Positions 21,950-35,200 of a stretch of 64,000 bases of DNA are shown here, one piece after another. A program made the position numbers and the translations under genes. Source of the DNA: Candidatus Omnitrophota bacterium (GTDB lineage: Bacteria; Omnitrophota; Gorgyraeia; Zapsychrales; Fredricksoniimonadaceae); NCBI GenBank assembly GCA_015232565.1, contig JADFZK010000003.1:540-64539 (forward strand), in the 5' to 3' direction. The number at the start of each line of letters is the position of its first letter. Positions within the stretch are counted from its first letter, which is position 1. Below the pieces are notes generated by a model, which worked only from the letters and a program-made list of their open reading frames with translations, made no database searches and had not been told where the DNA came from.

Positions 21950-24050
21950 GAAGGCAACTTTTTGTAGTTTCTAAGGTCACGAAAAGCTTCGTAACAATTA
22001 ACCAGCATTACAAACACAAAGAAACCAAATATAGTCTTTATAAACCAGCCTTCAAAAATAACAAAGAAGGCCGCGTCCACCGCGGTGATCGCGAGCACTC
22101 CGATGAGATTGCAAGTTAACACCATTCGGCGGCTGAATCCGGCAACACCATCCTGGCTCGATTTGAGCACACCCCATATCCGTAAAAGTTTGCCACCGTC
22201 CAGCGGACACACCGGCACCAGGCTCAGGATCAAAATGATGACGTTAAACTTAACAATACCCAGGACGAAACCCGCCGAACACCCCAGCCACACCAACCCG
22301 GCCGCGGCCGCTATTGCAAGATTCACCAATGGCCCGGCGGCAAATATCACGAACGCTTTACCGGGCGCGTTCTTCTCCAGATCAGACAGTGTGTCACTAT
22401 GCGCAGGCGCGGCAAAAGAACACACCCCCAGCGTAACGCCATTACACCCGGCCCCCTGGCGCTTCATGGCGATCGCATGCCCCAATTCATGAGCCAGCAC
22501 CGAGGCCACAATAGTCCACGCCGCAACCCCGCCGCCGCCCAGCAAGATCATCAGGTACGTAGTCCAGTGAATATATACCGGGAACCCGAACAACCACGCC
22601 GTACCGGGGATGCGTAAAGCGCCTTTACTTACCAGCCATTGGCCAATATTCTCCAGGGAGCCGCCCAGGAAGACCTTGATGCCAAAAGGGTCGAATAAAG
22701 CGCTGTTGCCCGGCCCCAACTGGAATGGCGAGGGCCGGACAATTAAGTTCTTGTTTTCCAGGAACTCGCGTAGAACTTCGATCAGCTCTCTGGACACGGT
22801 TGGTTTAACCCGGCCTTGCAGAAGGCCCGGGTAATCAGGATACCGCAAAAGAAAAAGATCTTCCCAGTCGTACAATCCAGAAAACACCAATGCTGCCGGG
22901 ATTCTGTGTATCAAATCAGAAAGCTTGAGCTCACAGGAATCGCCAGAAACGCCAAGATCAGTTATGAATATTACGACCTGTTGATCATCGGCCAGCAAAA
23001 CATCTACCGCTTCCCGATAAGTTTCCACCAATCTGACCTGTACGCCATACTGACCACCCAAAGCATCCTCAAATACCCTTTTAAGTCCGATATATTTAGG
23101 CGCCTCGTCATCCAGCCAGAGAATAATGCGTTTGGCGGGCAATAACTCCGGAGAGGTATTCCCGGACGGCGCGTCCAGGCGGGCAACTTCTGACCCTTCC
23201 GACACCGGCTCTTTTCGGGCGGAGATGGCCCGGGTTTGCGCAAGGAGAGCCTTAAGCTCAGCCAGAAATGACTTATGGTAAAAGGGCTTATCAACAATAG
23301 CATTTAGAAAGCCCGGCGGGAAATCGGCCAGACTGACCGCATTTAACTCACCGTTAAGAAAGATTATCCGTACATGCGGGAATTCTGCCCCCAGGCTATA
23401 GGCAATCTCAAGCGCCCGGGCCAATGGCATATCGAGCACCGCCACATTGGGGCAAAAACAGCCGTCTTTCATTCCAGAGAAAGTAGCAAAGCCTTTTACC
23501 GCCAGATCCGCGCCGGCCTGAGCCTTGATCGCGGTAATTAAAGACCGTTCCTCCCGGGGATCCATCCCGATGATCGCCACTCTCTGAACATTACCGTTCT
23601 CCAAAGCCGCCTCCGGGCTCTCCGGCGGCTGAACCAATCCGGCTTGCGCCGCGGCGTTCCGAATACCTTCAAACATGACATATGGCTTAATATCCGTTTT
23701 ATCAAACCAGCGCATCCTCGTAACATCGCGGCCAACAATGTTAATTGAACTAGCTGAAGAATAAAGATAGGACGTAATAAAAAAGATCAACGGAATATTC
23801 CCTGCCATAACCCGGAAATCAACAACCGCTGTTTCATCACAATCCACACCCACGTCCAAACAAAGAACCTGAAACGCTCCTTTCTTCAATTCCGTAACGG
23901 CCTCCGCCAAGCTTGCAACAAAGACCACTTCAAATAATTCCGGAGCCATTACATCGGCAGCAATACGTTCGTACCCTTCACGAATTTCAAACTGGTCTTC
24001 CACCCACAAAACGCGCACCTTGCCCGCGCTCTGAACCAAGGGTAAGGCCG
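21950..24050 (-). CDS. Protein with three receiver (REC)-like domains followed by an M50 (site-2 protease-like) intramembrane metalloprotease domain
   Basis: VLAHELGHAIAM at about 22470-22500 verified; three CheY-like blocks (KVRVLWVEDQ…, RVAIIGMDP…, KRIILWLDDE…) between about 22900 and 24000. Confidence 0.45.
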
Positions 24051-24299
24051 GTTCGACTGGTTGATCGACAGGGGGTATATCCCGCTGGTGATCTTGCGCC
24101 AATAAAGCCTTTTCAATGGTATCCCAAAGCTGAAATGCCCATTTAGGCGCGGCTGCCGGGATATCGTAACCCAGGATCTCGCCGAATACGCCATTACTCC
24201 AATAGGTTACTGCCCGATCAGCAAGATAAATGCCGTCGGCAACTTCCCGCCAGGACAAATTCCGCAAGCCATCCGCCAGGACCGGGCCCGCGGCATATA

Positions 24300-25900
24300 G
24301 GAAAGACCGCCCGGCGTCTTTGGCAAGAGCGCCGGCATATTGCACATTATGCGCATTCACCGACCCGGACCCGATATCCACATAAACCGCGCAACAGGAA
24401 CCCAGGCCCTGGGCCCCGCCTTCCTGGATAAAGCCGGTCGCCGCATCCCTGGCCACCCGCATATATGGCCGCCGTCCGCCGTCCATATTGTCGCGCTCGA
24501 AAGCCCGGCGCCGTTCAACCGTTACCTCGGGCAAAAAAACCACTACCGGTAACCGCAGACCCGCGGCCGGTGTGGCGCCGCGCACCACCGGCGTAGCGGC
24601 CCAGGACGCATACTCCAACAAGCGGTCAGCTTTAACCACCGGTTCATGATCAAAATCGCCAATATCAAAACGGATCTGCAAAATATAAAACGTACCGCAT
24701 TTATCATTTTCGCGGTCGGCAATATAACACCACTCCACATCCAGTTCATGACCGGTAAGGCGGGCATAAACACGTCCCACCAGCGTTAAAAAGACCGCCT
24801 GGGCCCGCGACAATGGCGCCGGGCGGGTTACTCCGTCCTCATCCCATTGTTCCCCGTCGGCAACGATGTTCAGCATACGCTTCTCGTCCGTGCCGCGGCG
24901 TAACACTTTACCGTCGATGCCGATCTCATCCGGACATTCTTTGTAAGTAGGGCGATAATCAACCACCGGCAAACCATTCCGGTCTTCTAGCGAGATATAA
25001 TGTGCCACATTAGCTTGTGGGGATTTGACCGCCTGACTGGCATCACCATAAACCGCTTCGATCCGCGTATGACGATACCGACCGGTGGTCAACGTTCCGG
25101 AAACATCGGCCCGCAAGAAAGGCTGAACCACCAGCGCAATGCCCTCCTGCCCGGTGACCGGCCGGCCGCTGATACCCGCAACCGGGCCGATCAAGGGATC
25201 GCTGGAGCCGATCCACATTATTTCCAAAGCATCGGCAAAGATCATGGCCGCGGCGCGGGGCGCCAGATCCGGCCCGGGAACCCGCAAAGATAAAAAGACC
25301 CCGGCCAGGTTTTGGCGCTGATTATCTTCCCGCCGGCCGCTGGAACGCACGATAAGCTCGCCGTCAAAGCCTACATAGCGCTTGATCTCGACCTTCATAT
25401 AAGAAGCCAGATTATCCGAGAACTCCATTTGCGCTATCAGGTCGCGCAACTGCCGGACCGTGTCCTGGTTAACTCGCCCGTCCACCGAAGGGCTGAGCGC
25501 CAGAATAGTGTTCCCGGCATCGATCAAAACCTTGTTATGAGAAATAAACTCGCTCCACACATCCGGGATCCGAAAAGTCAGGCTGAGGGGCTGTTCCAGC
25601 CTAAACTGGCCCGCACTCAACCAAGGCAATGCTGCCGCGGCCAACATATTGCTTAGCGACTCACGCACTTCATAGATCAATTTCCTGGATATAACTATCC
25701 AGGCGCTTTTACCGCCCTCTTCCTTCACCAATTCCTCAAACCATTTATCTATCGGCTTAGGCAGCAGACTTTTCCAGAACGTCTCCCAGGATGGCAAGCA
25801 CATACCCAGCAAAAACGGCGGAAGGCTGTAGAAAGTATTATTAAGCGTACCCAGACCCGGCGGGAAAGCCGGCTCGCAGAGAAACGCAACTTTAAGAAGC
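24300..25900 (-). CDS. PEP-utilising-enzyme-like protein (PPDK_N-like nucleotide-binding domain plus possible mobile domain)
   Basis: GELIVRSSGRREDNQRQNLAGVF at about 25330-25380 verified; TM/leader GGFSLLRNWPLILIGLAVVGL upstream; may be contiguous with the REC-M50 unit. Confidence 0.4.
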
Positions 25901-28900
25901 AAATAGACCAGGCCAACGACAGCCAGCCCGATCAATATCAACGGCCAGTTACGCAGCAGCGAAAATCCGCCTTCGCCCCGCTCTGGCGCCAGCACCGGGT
26001 TGATCCCGGAATTTACCGCAGTGCCAGCCGCCAGTCTTTCAGCAGCCGCCCTGCACGCGCCGCGGCCAAGGACGCTATCCCGGCCAGCCTGATCGATCCG
26101 GCCCAGAGTCAGCACCACACTCACCAGCCAGCGCAGGAGCGCCTCCCTTTGCCCGTTCTTATCCTGCTCCACCCAGGCCAAAAGAGTACGGCTGTCCTGG
26201 GAACCAAATTTGCGGGCCCACCCGTAGAGCCAGTTGCGACACTGCGGCGAGCCGGCCATTGCCGCCGCGTGCGCTTTATTGCCATTATTGCACTCCATGG
26301 TTAACAGCCAAAAACAACACTGTAGATCAACCAGGCGCACATCAATATCCAGGTTCGGGAAGGCACTAAAATTCAGGCCGGAAGCCTCGAATGCATAACA
26401 CCAGTTATAAACCGATTGCCGGCCGGTGCCGAGCGCGCGCGTGGCCGTAACTATATTTCCATTATGCCGAGCCACCATTTTGACCGCCAGAATGTTGCGC
26501 AGGACGTCTTTGACAGAACCGGCAATATTGGCAAACGCCTGTTTCATTACCCCATGTGCCTGGTCCGGGAAATAGGCGCCATTAGAGACCACCGCCAGCT
26601 CCCAGCCCGGGTGTAAAGCATGCTGAGTATTACCAGGCGCAAGCAAAGCCTGCGCGGCGGCCGCAAGCTCGGGATCGATCACCACTTGCTCTGCCTGCGG
26701 TAGAAGTTTCACGCCATCCAGGGCCACCAGCACACCGGCCAGCCATTGCAAAACCGGCCAGCGCCGCTCGTTGGCGTTAACCCAGGCGGGCAGATCGATG
26801 TCGTAGCTCAGGCCTTCAGACTTGATCCAGCGCGCGATATATGAGCGACACGCACCCAGTTTGGCCGAGGCCCTCGCCGGCACTCCCCGGCTGGCGGCCT
26901 CGGCAAATACGCACAAGGCCTCTTCCACCTCTTCCCAGGTTATCAAGGCCGGCAAAGCCGGAAAATAAGACAGCTCCACCGACAAACCCCTGTCAACTCT
27001 AAGGCGCCGGTAAAATGAAGCCGCCGGAACGCTGATCCTTTGCCAAGCCCGCTGATGATCATCACCTTCCGCCGCTAATGCCTGACGAGCCAACACCGCA
27101 AAGACCGCCCGCTCGGGCACATGCATCAGCCGGTAATGCCGGTGAGGATCATCAACACTATCCGGAAGCCGGGCGCCGATCAGGTCGATGTCGGCAGCTT
27201 CATCCAACGCTTGCCAAAGAGGACGATAAAAATGCACCTCGGCTCTCGGAACATCCAGCCCGCACTCGGCATGCCAAAGTATCGCACCATCCGGAAGCAT
27301 CTTGACCTGCCGCACAAGGACTTCATAACCCAAGGATGGATCCGCTTCCACCAGGATCCTGCCCGCTTGTTGAAAGGGCAAAGCCACCTCTGTATCAGCG
27401 GCAAAAATAGCTAGCCCGTGCATATAACGCCGCGCCAGTTCTTTAGCCCGGCGCACTTCGTCCAGGTCGGGGCGCGTGCGGGCCGCGGCCCGCAACAGGC
27501 AGGTGCCGGCAATAAGGTCTTCGACTATAAATACCCGCAAATGCTCCAACAGCCAGACCAAAGCATTGGTCGAGAAGGTCTTTCCACAGATCCCGATACT
27601 GGCCGCCAGCCTGGCCGCCACTGCGGCGAGTTGAACACTGAGCCGGGCATTACTCGCCATATCATCCCGCCACACCCGGCCGTCTTGACCGACCGCCGCG
27701 TATACATGCGATGCCTCGCCATTAACCTGCAGACCAAAAGCCATAGCCTGTTGACCAGCTTCGCTTCGCCAATAATAACGATGCCGTATTCCTTGCTCCA
27801 CCTCCGGCATTTGCAAGAAGCCCTCTTTACAAGCGCGCAACATTTCAATGAAAGGCTCATCGACCTCCAGCCCCTTTACTTTACCTTGCTCGATATAGGC
27901 CAAAGCCTCTGAAAGAAACAAAGGATGCTGACGATAAAACCGGTAAACCGTATCCTGCCAGGCCTCCAACTCACGATCCACCCAACAGCACTTTAAATAA
28001 TGCGAACAAAACTCATGAAAGATTATTCCCAGTGCCAGACAATCAGGCAATCGTAATATGGTACTGCTCAAGATTATTCCACCGGGAAAAGCCTCTCCTG
28101 TCAATTCAACTGGCGAAATATCTAGGGTTGTTTGACTCTCCGAAATGTAACCACGATCTGCCAAAAGCCTCAGCCAACAGGCAAGGTTGGCAAGATCACT
28201 GTTAGACAGTCCTTCTTGCTCTATCACCTGCAAACGTATACGGCCGTTCATCACAACCTTAAAAGTCGCCCGCTTTGCGCGATCATTGGGAGTAAGCTCC
28301 GTAACCCGCATTGGCATACGCGCCCGGCCCACCACCCGTTCGCCATTCCTGCGCCAGGCCGCGTTAAGATCCCGGATCGGTTGCGCAAAGGGCGCTCTGA
28401 CCAGATTTTCCTGGGCACAATGCAACACAGCGTCGGGAATAAGCAGGTCAACCGGGAAAATAACGCTCCAGGTGAGGTTGGCCAGCACGCCGTCGGCCCA
28501 ACTGACCGGTTGATCGTTAATGCCAGATAACGACATGTTATAAGTCCGGCCAACGCGATCCAAATGCGCGCGCATTGCTTTAAGACTTGATGTCAACTCA
28601 CGATTAACATAGGCAGAATTTTGCGCTGCGGAAAATAATAACTGGCCCAGTTTTTCCCTGACCGCCCTTTGCTCCAGACTTAGCTCTCGCACCCGGTTTC
28701 TGGCCGCTTGCAAGCGTTCTTCATCCTCTGTACTTCCCGACTTCCTGCCAGGCCCGGAAGACGGCCGCTTTCCCGGAACAGGCTTGGGAAGATCAAGGCG
28801 GCTGGTAAAAAGCGTATTGCCATCTCCCAACCCTGCAACCACCCCGAGCCTGGCCATCAGAAAAGCAAAACCATTCAAACGCCAATACCACCATGCCCAA

Positions 28901-29640
28901 ACCGCGGCCAGCATTAAAGCGATAGCCCAATGCCCGCCTGTAACGCATAAAAGAACGAACCCGCCCGCCAGGGGATCGGACTGGCAAACCGCACGACCAG
29001 CGGAGGTTTCTTTCGGGCTCTCGACAGGTGTCAAGACCGCCAGATTATTTAAAGTATCGATCAGCCACAGCAGGTCCTTCTTCATTTCATCCGGTTGTTG
29101 GGCGATCCATCTGGCTAAAGACGGCTCGGCGTCGACATTAAACCGGTTGCGCCAAACTGATACGCGCTCCCGGCTCCAGCCCAACAGCTCCACCATTCTG
29201 CCAGTATCGCCGTCGGTCTCCTCCAATGCCAGCCGCAATAAACATTCCCTGACATTATCCCTGGTCCTTCCCGTAGGGAAAAAGGAAAACCCTGTCCCGT
29301 CGCCCAGCATTCTTTGGGCCAGCGTTAAATACTTACGGAAGGTGGTATCCGCCATATCCAGCATTTTATACGCCGACTTCTGCTCGCCTGATGAAAGCTT
29401 TACAGCCTTAAGGGCAATAACGGCACACACCATATCATCCACTGATACACGACTATCACCGGCCCCGCCGAGAGCCTTGATCCGGGCCGACGCTTTCAAC
29501 AAAGCTTGCCGAGCCTTCTTAAGGGTTCTATTAGCAATAACTACGCCCGGAGCCTGCCGCGCCGCTACCACCATAGCCCCTGGACTCGCAGAGTGCTGGC
29601 TGGCTTTAAATAATTCTTGCAACCCGGGGTCTTCGTTAAC
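25900..29640 (-). CDS. Large protein(s) downstream of sigma-70 number 1: anti-sigma-like single-TM segment, then a region with weak LanC-like motifs (NGAYFPDQAHG, SVYNWCYAFEASG)
   Basis: Translation of the open frame; hydrophobic GGFVLLCVTGGHWAIALMLAAVWAWWYW after the sigma C-terminus; LanC assignment tentative. Confidence 0.3.
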
Positions 29641-30669
29641 CAGGCCCGCCAGGATCGCTCTTAACTTGACTTTAGCTTTCTCGATCCCCTGCCGGGCCCA
29701 CTCACGAGTTTTGGGCGGCGAGGACATATCCGCAATTTCCTGCAGTATCATTCTCTGGCCGCCTTCCAGGCCGAAGTACAGCACCAGAAAACGCCGGTCA
29801 AGTTCCGACAGCATTTGCAAAGCCCGGGCGAACAAAGCGCCATCCACCAAAGGAACATCACGCTCCGGGGACGCCAGCAGTTCATACAGACAAGCCTTAT
29901 CATCGCCAACCGGGCTGTCTAAAGAACAAGCCCGCTGTAAAGCCATAAGACGGAGAAATTCAATTACCTCTTCCACACTATATTCATGGCCGGCCTCCTT
30001 GAGCCCCGCCGCTATCTTAGAAGCCGATATACCGGGCCGGTGCAGATCTATGTCCAGAGTCTGATCGACACGCTTTTTAAAACGCCGCAATTTTCTACCG
30101 GCAGCGGTCTTCACCCGAACTATGCCGATGGCGGCTTCCAAAGCACTATAGATGAATTTCTTTATCCAGTAAGCCGCGTAAGTCGAAAACTTGCCTTTTT
30201 CCGGATCGTATCTCGCCGCCGCTTTCAGTAAACCCAGATTACCATCGGCAACAAGTTCCATTAATGATAACCCGGCCATACCTTCGAAATCCCGCGCAAT
30301 CTTTATAACCAGCCTCAGGTTACCAAGCACCAGTTTCTCGATCGACTGGTGATCCTGTGGCCGGGCATCCAACGCGGGTTTGCTGGCCTTAATATCCCTG
30401 CCCAGACGCTCTTCCTCTTCCTTGGTAAGCAATTCGTTCCCCCCAATGATCCTCTGGCAATACCATGACAGGCCAGCCAAAGCCAGCGCAGTATCATCAT
30501 TACTGCGCCTGCGCTCTCGCGCATCCCTCACGGGAACACGAACAGCCAGGCCATCCTCAGGCTCCTCAGTCTCCCCAGACAATTCATCGACAATATCCCG
30601 CAACGCCTCCTCTAGTGCCTGCTCATCTTCCGCGGGCACGGCCGTAAGGTCAATCTTGCCAGCCCTCAT
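29640..30669 (-). CDS. Sigma-70 family factor (number 1), core regions 1.2 to 4; possible N-terminal extension up to about 31190
   Basis: LRLVIKIARDF…GLSLMELVADGNLGLLKAAARYDPEKGKFSTYAAYWIK (region 2) and LQEIADMSSPPKTREWARQGIEKAKVKLRA (region 4); ATG at 30669-30667 verified. Confidence 0.6.
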
Positions 30670-31269
30670 GCCCAGGATCTCACCGGCTGCCCGTTCGCGT
30701 CCTTTTAACAATTCTGCGATATTGACCTTGCCATCCGACCAGTCACTGTAATGCTCCTGGATCAGCATGTTTGTCTCGTACGAAGTAGGACAGGGGGTGC
30801 GTGATGTAAGAGCCGCAACGATCTCGTGAACCAGCACCAGCCGGTCGTTAACTCCGGAACGGATAAACACCTTCAATAGCCTGTCGCCTTCTTTTAACTG
30901 CCAGCAACCGGTATGCGGGAGGCTCCCGGCATTAAAAAAGCGCACCTCGACTTCCACCTGATCCATCAATTTCGCGATCCGGGCAAATAAAGCCCGATGC
31001 TCTCTTTCTCCGCGGCCATTCCTACCGTGCAAGAAGCTCCGCACAAGTTTAATTTCATAATCGCTGTTACTCCAAACAGTATGCCGCGGCTGCTTCTTGA
31101 TAGCGGCGGCGATATCCCGGTCGACCTGCTCCCGCGTAAGGCTGTCGTCCCCGTCGGCCGACAAGTCCGCGCGAGCACGCGGGGTATAAATCAATTCCCT
31201 CCTCGAAGCTTCGCCTGTTTGACAATGCCAGGCATGGATGTTATAGTTAAATGCGAAAGGAAGCAGAAG

Positions 31270-31440
31270 ATGATATCCAAAGCAGAACAAGCCCTTAAGC
31301 ATTTGCACAAAGCCCGCGAACTGGCTAAAACCCTCCCTAACCCGTTCAAAGGCCTTACCAAAGACCAGATAATTGCCAAACTTCGCGCTTCCCGCGAGAA
31401 GCTGTGGCGGGAGAAATATGCGGTTGGTGCTCGACACTAA
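31270..31440 (+). CDS. Small antitoxin-like protein (paralog of 3108-3284)
   Basis: MISKAEQALKHLHKARELAKTLPNPFKGLTKDQIIAKLRASREKLWREKY; overlaps the PIN gene start. Confidence 0.55.
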   Translation: MISKAEQALKHLHKARELAKTLPNPFKGLTKDQIIAKLRASREKLWREKYAVGARH

Positions 31441-31828
31441 TATCTTCATCTTCGCGTTCGGAGAAGAACCCCTTCCCTCTTGCGTTGCACTTATCGAATA
31501 CGTCGTACGCTCCGGCTGTACAATCCATATACCGCGCACCATAGTGAATGAAGTACGGGATAATTTAAGCCAACCCCTGTTCAAAGAATTCATTCTATTC
31601 ATCCACAAAACGGCCACATTGGATGAAGATCGAGTTGTCCCTTTTGAGATCGGCATGAAATTCGAAGCGCTAGGATTAAAACAAGATGATGCTCTGATCG
31701 GCGCATACGCAGAGTGGTCAAAAGCAGATGTGCTGGTTTCCGAGAACAGGCACTTTCTCTCCAGGCAAACTGACCTGCCATTTAAAGTTTTAAATGCCAA
31801 AGAATCACTAAAACTGCTTTCGCAATAA
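31418..31828 (+). CDS. PIN-domain toxin
   Basis: MRLVLDTNIFIF… …VLVSENRHFLSRQTDLPFKVL. Confidence 0.7.
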   Translation: MRLVLDTNIFIFAFGEEPLPSCVALIEYVVRSGCTIHIPRTIVNEVRDNLSQPLFKEFILFIHKTATLDEDRVVPFEIGMKFEALGLKQDDALIGAYAEWSKADVLVSENRHFLSRQTDLPFKVLNAKESLKLLSQ

Positions 31829-31831
31829 ACC

Positions 31832-32008
31832 ATGAATTCAAAAGATCTACTCATTATTGTTTCTGAAGATGCTGACGGGATCCTGGTAGCCAGCGTGCCT
31901 GCGTTGCGCGGATGCCATACCCAGGCCAAAACATTACCCAAGCTTTTGGAACGCATTAAAGAAGCCATCCAGCTTTGTTTAGATGCCGGACACCCCGCCC
32001 TGTCGTAA
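31832..32008 (+). CDS. hicB: HicB-like (UPF0150) antitoxin
   Basis: MNSKDLLIIVSEDADGILVASVPALRGCHTQAKTLPKLLERIKEAIQLCL. Confidence 0.55.
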   Translation: MNSKDLLIIVSEDADGILVASVPALRGCHTQAKTLPKLLERIKEAIQLCLDAGHPALS

Positions 32009-32076
32009 CCACCCAATAACGTTCTTGGTTGAAATGCCACCATACGGATGTTACACTTCCCTAGAGGTGACAACCT

Positions 32077-32256
32077 ATGCATCCAAAAGCCGTTAAAGCC
32101 CTTCAACATCTGCGCAAAGCCCAGGAACTGGCCAAAAAGTTTCCGAGCCCCTTCAAAGACATGACCGAAGACGAAGTTATTGCGAAATTGCGCCAAACAC
32201 GGGAAGAACTTTGGCAAGAAAAATACGCGGCTGGTTCTCAGCACAAATATCTTTAA
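32077..32256 (+). CDS. Small antitoxin-like protein (third paralog)
   Basis: MHPKAVKALQHLRKAQELAKKFPSPFKDMTEDEVIAKLRQTREELWQEKY. Confidence 0.5.
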   Translation: MHPKAVKALQHLRKAQELAKKFPSPFKDMTEDEVIAKLRQTREELWQEKYAAGSQHKYL

Positions 32257-35200
32257 CAATACCACAAGCCTGGCCGGTAGCACCATAACCGGCAGGAACG
32301 CAAGCCGGCTATCCTGCATCTCATTGCACGTTCCCATCCCCGGCGGAAATGCGGGCTCCAGAGAAAAGACATACCGCAAGACCACTGCCAAAAGAGCCAG
32401 CGCCGCACCCAGGAATAATATTAGCGGAAAGTTCCGCAAAAGAGCGAACCCGGCCACCCTGGAGGAGCCAGGGTCAGTCTGGCCGGGCGTTATTATCTGG
32501 AGCTCTACTATCCCCGGCGCTTTCTCAACTCCCTGCTTGAAAACGGGCGGCTTCACACTGCCGATCCTCGCAATGGTCTTCCCTTTGAGCTTTATTAAAA
32601 TATACGGCCTTAAAGCCCCACCCTGGAGCTCCTGTCCGTCGCAAACCACGCTGTACTTCCAGAACAGCCCACCCGGACACCCCGCCCGGAGCTCGCCAAT
32701 TATCATGAATTCACAGCCATAGCCCAAGCCCCGGCGCGTCCCATCCCTTAATTCGATCTGGTCGGCACCCTCCCTGACCTCGTCATTAACGACCTTTTGA
32801 GGAACCATGTCTTCTCCCCGCGCCACATCCTCAATGTAATCGGCCAGGGCAGTGCGCAATTTGCTAATCGCCCAAAAATGCCGAAACTTGAACCAGCACA
32901 CCGAAGATTTATTCCCCAGGGCCGTGAACAAAACCTCATCAATTAATTCCGCAATATTCACGTGCCCGGCCTCGGCGCTGGTATTAACTCCCAAAATATC
33001 CACCGGAATTTCCCAATGGCTTTCACTGGCATCGCGCGCCGCGTCGGCCATCATGATCCGGTAACCTCTGGCAATATCATTGCTGTCCCATTGGTGCGAA
33101 GTAGTATTTACCACCCCGGACACCACCGGCATGTCTTTAAACGCCGACCGATACCGCCAAAGCCAGCGGTCAAAGAACAACCCCATTCTTTTAATTGGAT
33201 GATCGATTTTGGTATACTTCATCGGTACCGGCGCCAAAGCGGCCCGCTCTAAACGCAGGGGCGACATTCTCGGAGTATTAACCTGCCAGTCGAACGCTAT
33301 CCGGGCACGTTGCTGATGGGACTCCATCTCCCTGGCTAAAGCGGCCCTTTGCTTGCGCGCCAGAGACTGAAAGTATTTACGCCGGGCTTGAGGAGTGAGC
33401 GAGCTTGGAACTTCATCCACCAATTTTGCCCGGGCAAAAAGCCGGCTGAACAAGGCCATGGTGCAGTACCAGAAAACGGCTAATCCTAATACTGCCATAC
33501 CCAGGCGCAGTAATATCCAGCGCACATCGCGCAGGAACCCGTCGGGCATGGCCTGCACAAAGACCGGACCGAGGCCGCCAAAAACATATTTCCCATAGAA
33601 CAGGATCCCGGCCAGGACGATTCCCAAGACCAGGATCAGAGATAAAGTGCGCAGGAGCGCGAAGGCGGAAGAATCACAGACGCTCCTTTTCTCTTCCGCA
33701 ACCTGCAGGCCGAATTCCTGGCCACGGGAAAGAAGATCCCGCACGGCCTCGGCTACCTCCGGCATTCGGAACAGGTATAACCGCACATAACCATGGTCAG
33801 CATCCTCAGACCAGCTATATCCCGTTCGCTGTTGAGAAGACTGGGACAGCAAATGCCGCAATTCTTCTACCAGCGTAGACAGTATCAAACCGCGCCAGCC
33901 AAGCCTGGCGCCGGGAGGCGCAAGCGTGACCGCATCCCAATTCAAGCCAATGGTATTGCCAGAAGATGCCAGGCCAAGCTCGGGCTGATCAGAATTAAGT
34001 TCTAACGTAAACACTTCACCGGCAAAGAAGCGCTCAAAATCTTTCGGAAAATCCTGCCGTAGCACATCTAGCGCGATCTCGAAATCATGCAAAAGGTCAT
34101 AGGTGCGGGCCGCGGCCATATTGACCCCCATCCGGCCTTCTTTAACCAAATGCCTGGTTAACCGCCGTGAGAGCGCAACCTGCTCCCGTTCATTCCAGTT
34201 AAAAGATATCCCCAAACTCAAAGGCGCGATCTTTCTTTTCCCGGGCGCCGCGAGAACGCGCACCGCCGAACGGCGCACCGGATCATTGCCTGGCAGGTTT
34301 TTCTGTAAAGCCACGAGCCGCGCCTGATACTGGCATTGCATTTCGTCCTTTAAGTAGCATATGACGCTTTCACCAATAAAAGAATCCCGGGCCACCAGCA
34401 ACACGCCCTGGTCGCGCAATCCCGTGCGATCCACACTACCCTCATTACGGCTTACCAGCACGAACCGCGCCGCAGGATAAACACCCGTAACCATATTGTG
34501 CACCACCGGCCAAACCGGAAGGCCATCGATCACGTCCTGAACTATTGTTATACAAGGCTCGGTCTCCAACACGACGCGCTTGAGTGCCTCGGCCGTTTCA
34601 ACAATACGGATATCAAAACAGCCGCCGCCCATACTAAACTTGATCAGGCTGGCCCACACCCGGGCTTGACGGGAACTCTCCAGCAATATGACCAGCACAT
34701 TGCGGCGTCCACTTGCCGGCGTCACCACCGGGGCCGAATGGTCCGTCAGCCAGCGCTCGCGCGCGGCCCGGATCAAGGCAACATCGTTTTTATCATTAAA
34801 ATGCACCGGATCGTCCGGCTCGAAACCGTGCCGGCGAATAGCATCAGCATCTTTTTTCGCATAATTATTTACGGCCGATGAAACTATCAACAGGCCATAC
34901 ACTCTCGCGCCGAACAACGACCGAGTTTCTTCCCATTGATCGATCCCGGTCCCGGAATAATCGGCGTAAATAAAATGCGCCACCCTCCCACGCAGTTTGC
35001 TCCGGGCCTGGCTGACACTTGAGGCCGCTATGATCTCATACAAGTTTCTATCGAACATTTTGTCCAGAATATTTGCCCAACGGTCATACTCATCCTGGAT
35101 AACTAACACCACAAAACGCTCGGGATCGTTTGTAGAGTTCGGCTCTTCCACGCTCGACGCCAGATCAGCCCGGTCCGATATATGATACGAATCCGCACCG

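Noticed and set aside
28784-30064. 426-aa plus-strand ORF and many other R/S/P-rich plus-strand ORFs (for example 29986-30231, 35833-36291, 40198-40923, 43253-43864, 57178-57915)
   Set aside because: Low-complexity Arg/Ser/Pro-rich translations typical of the antisense frame of GC-rich genes; they lie opposite recognisable minus-strand domains, for example sigma-70 at 29640-30669.
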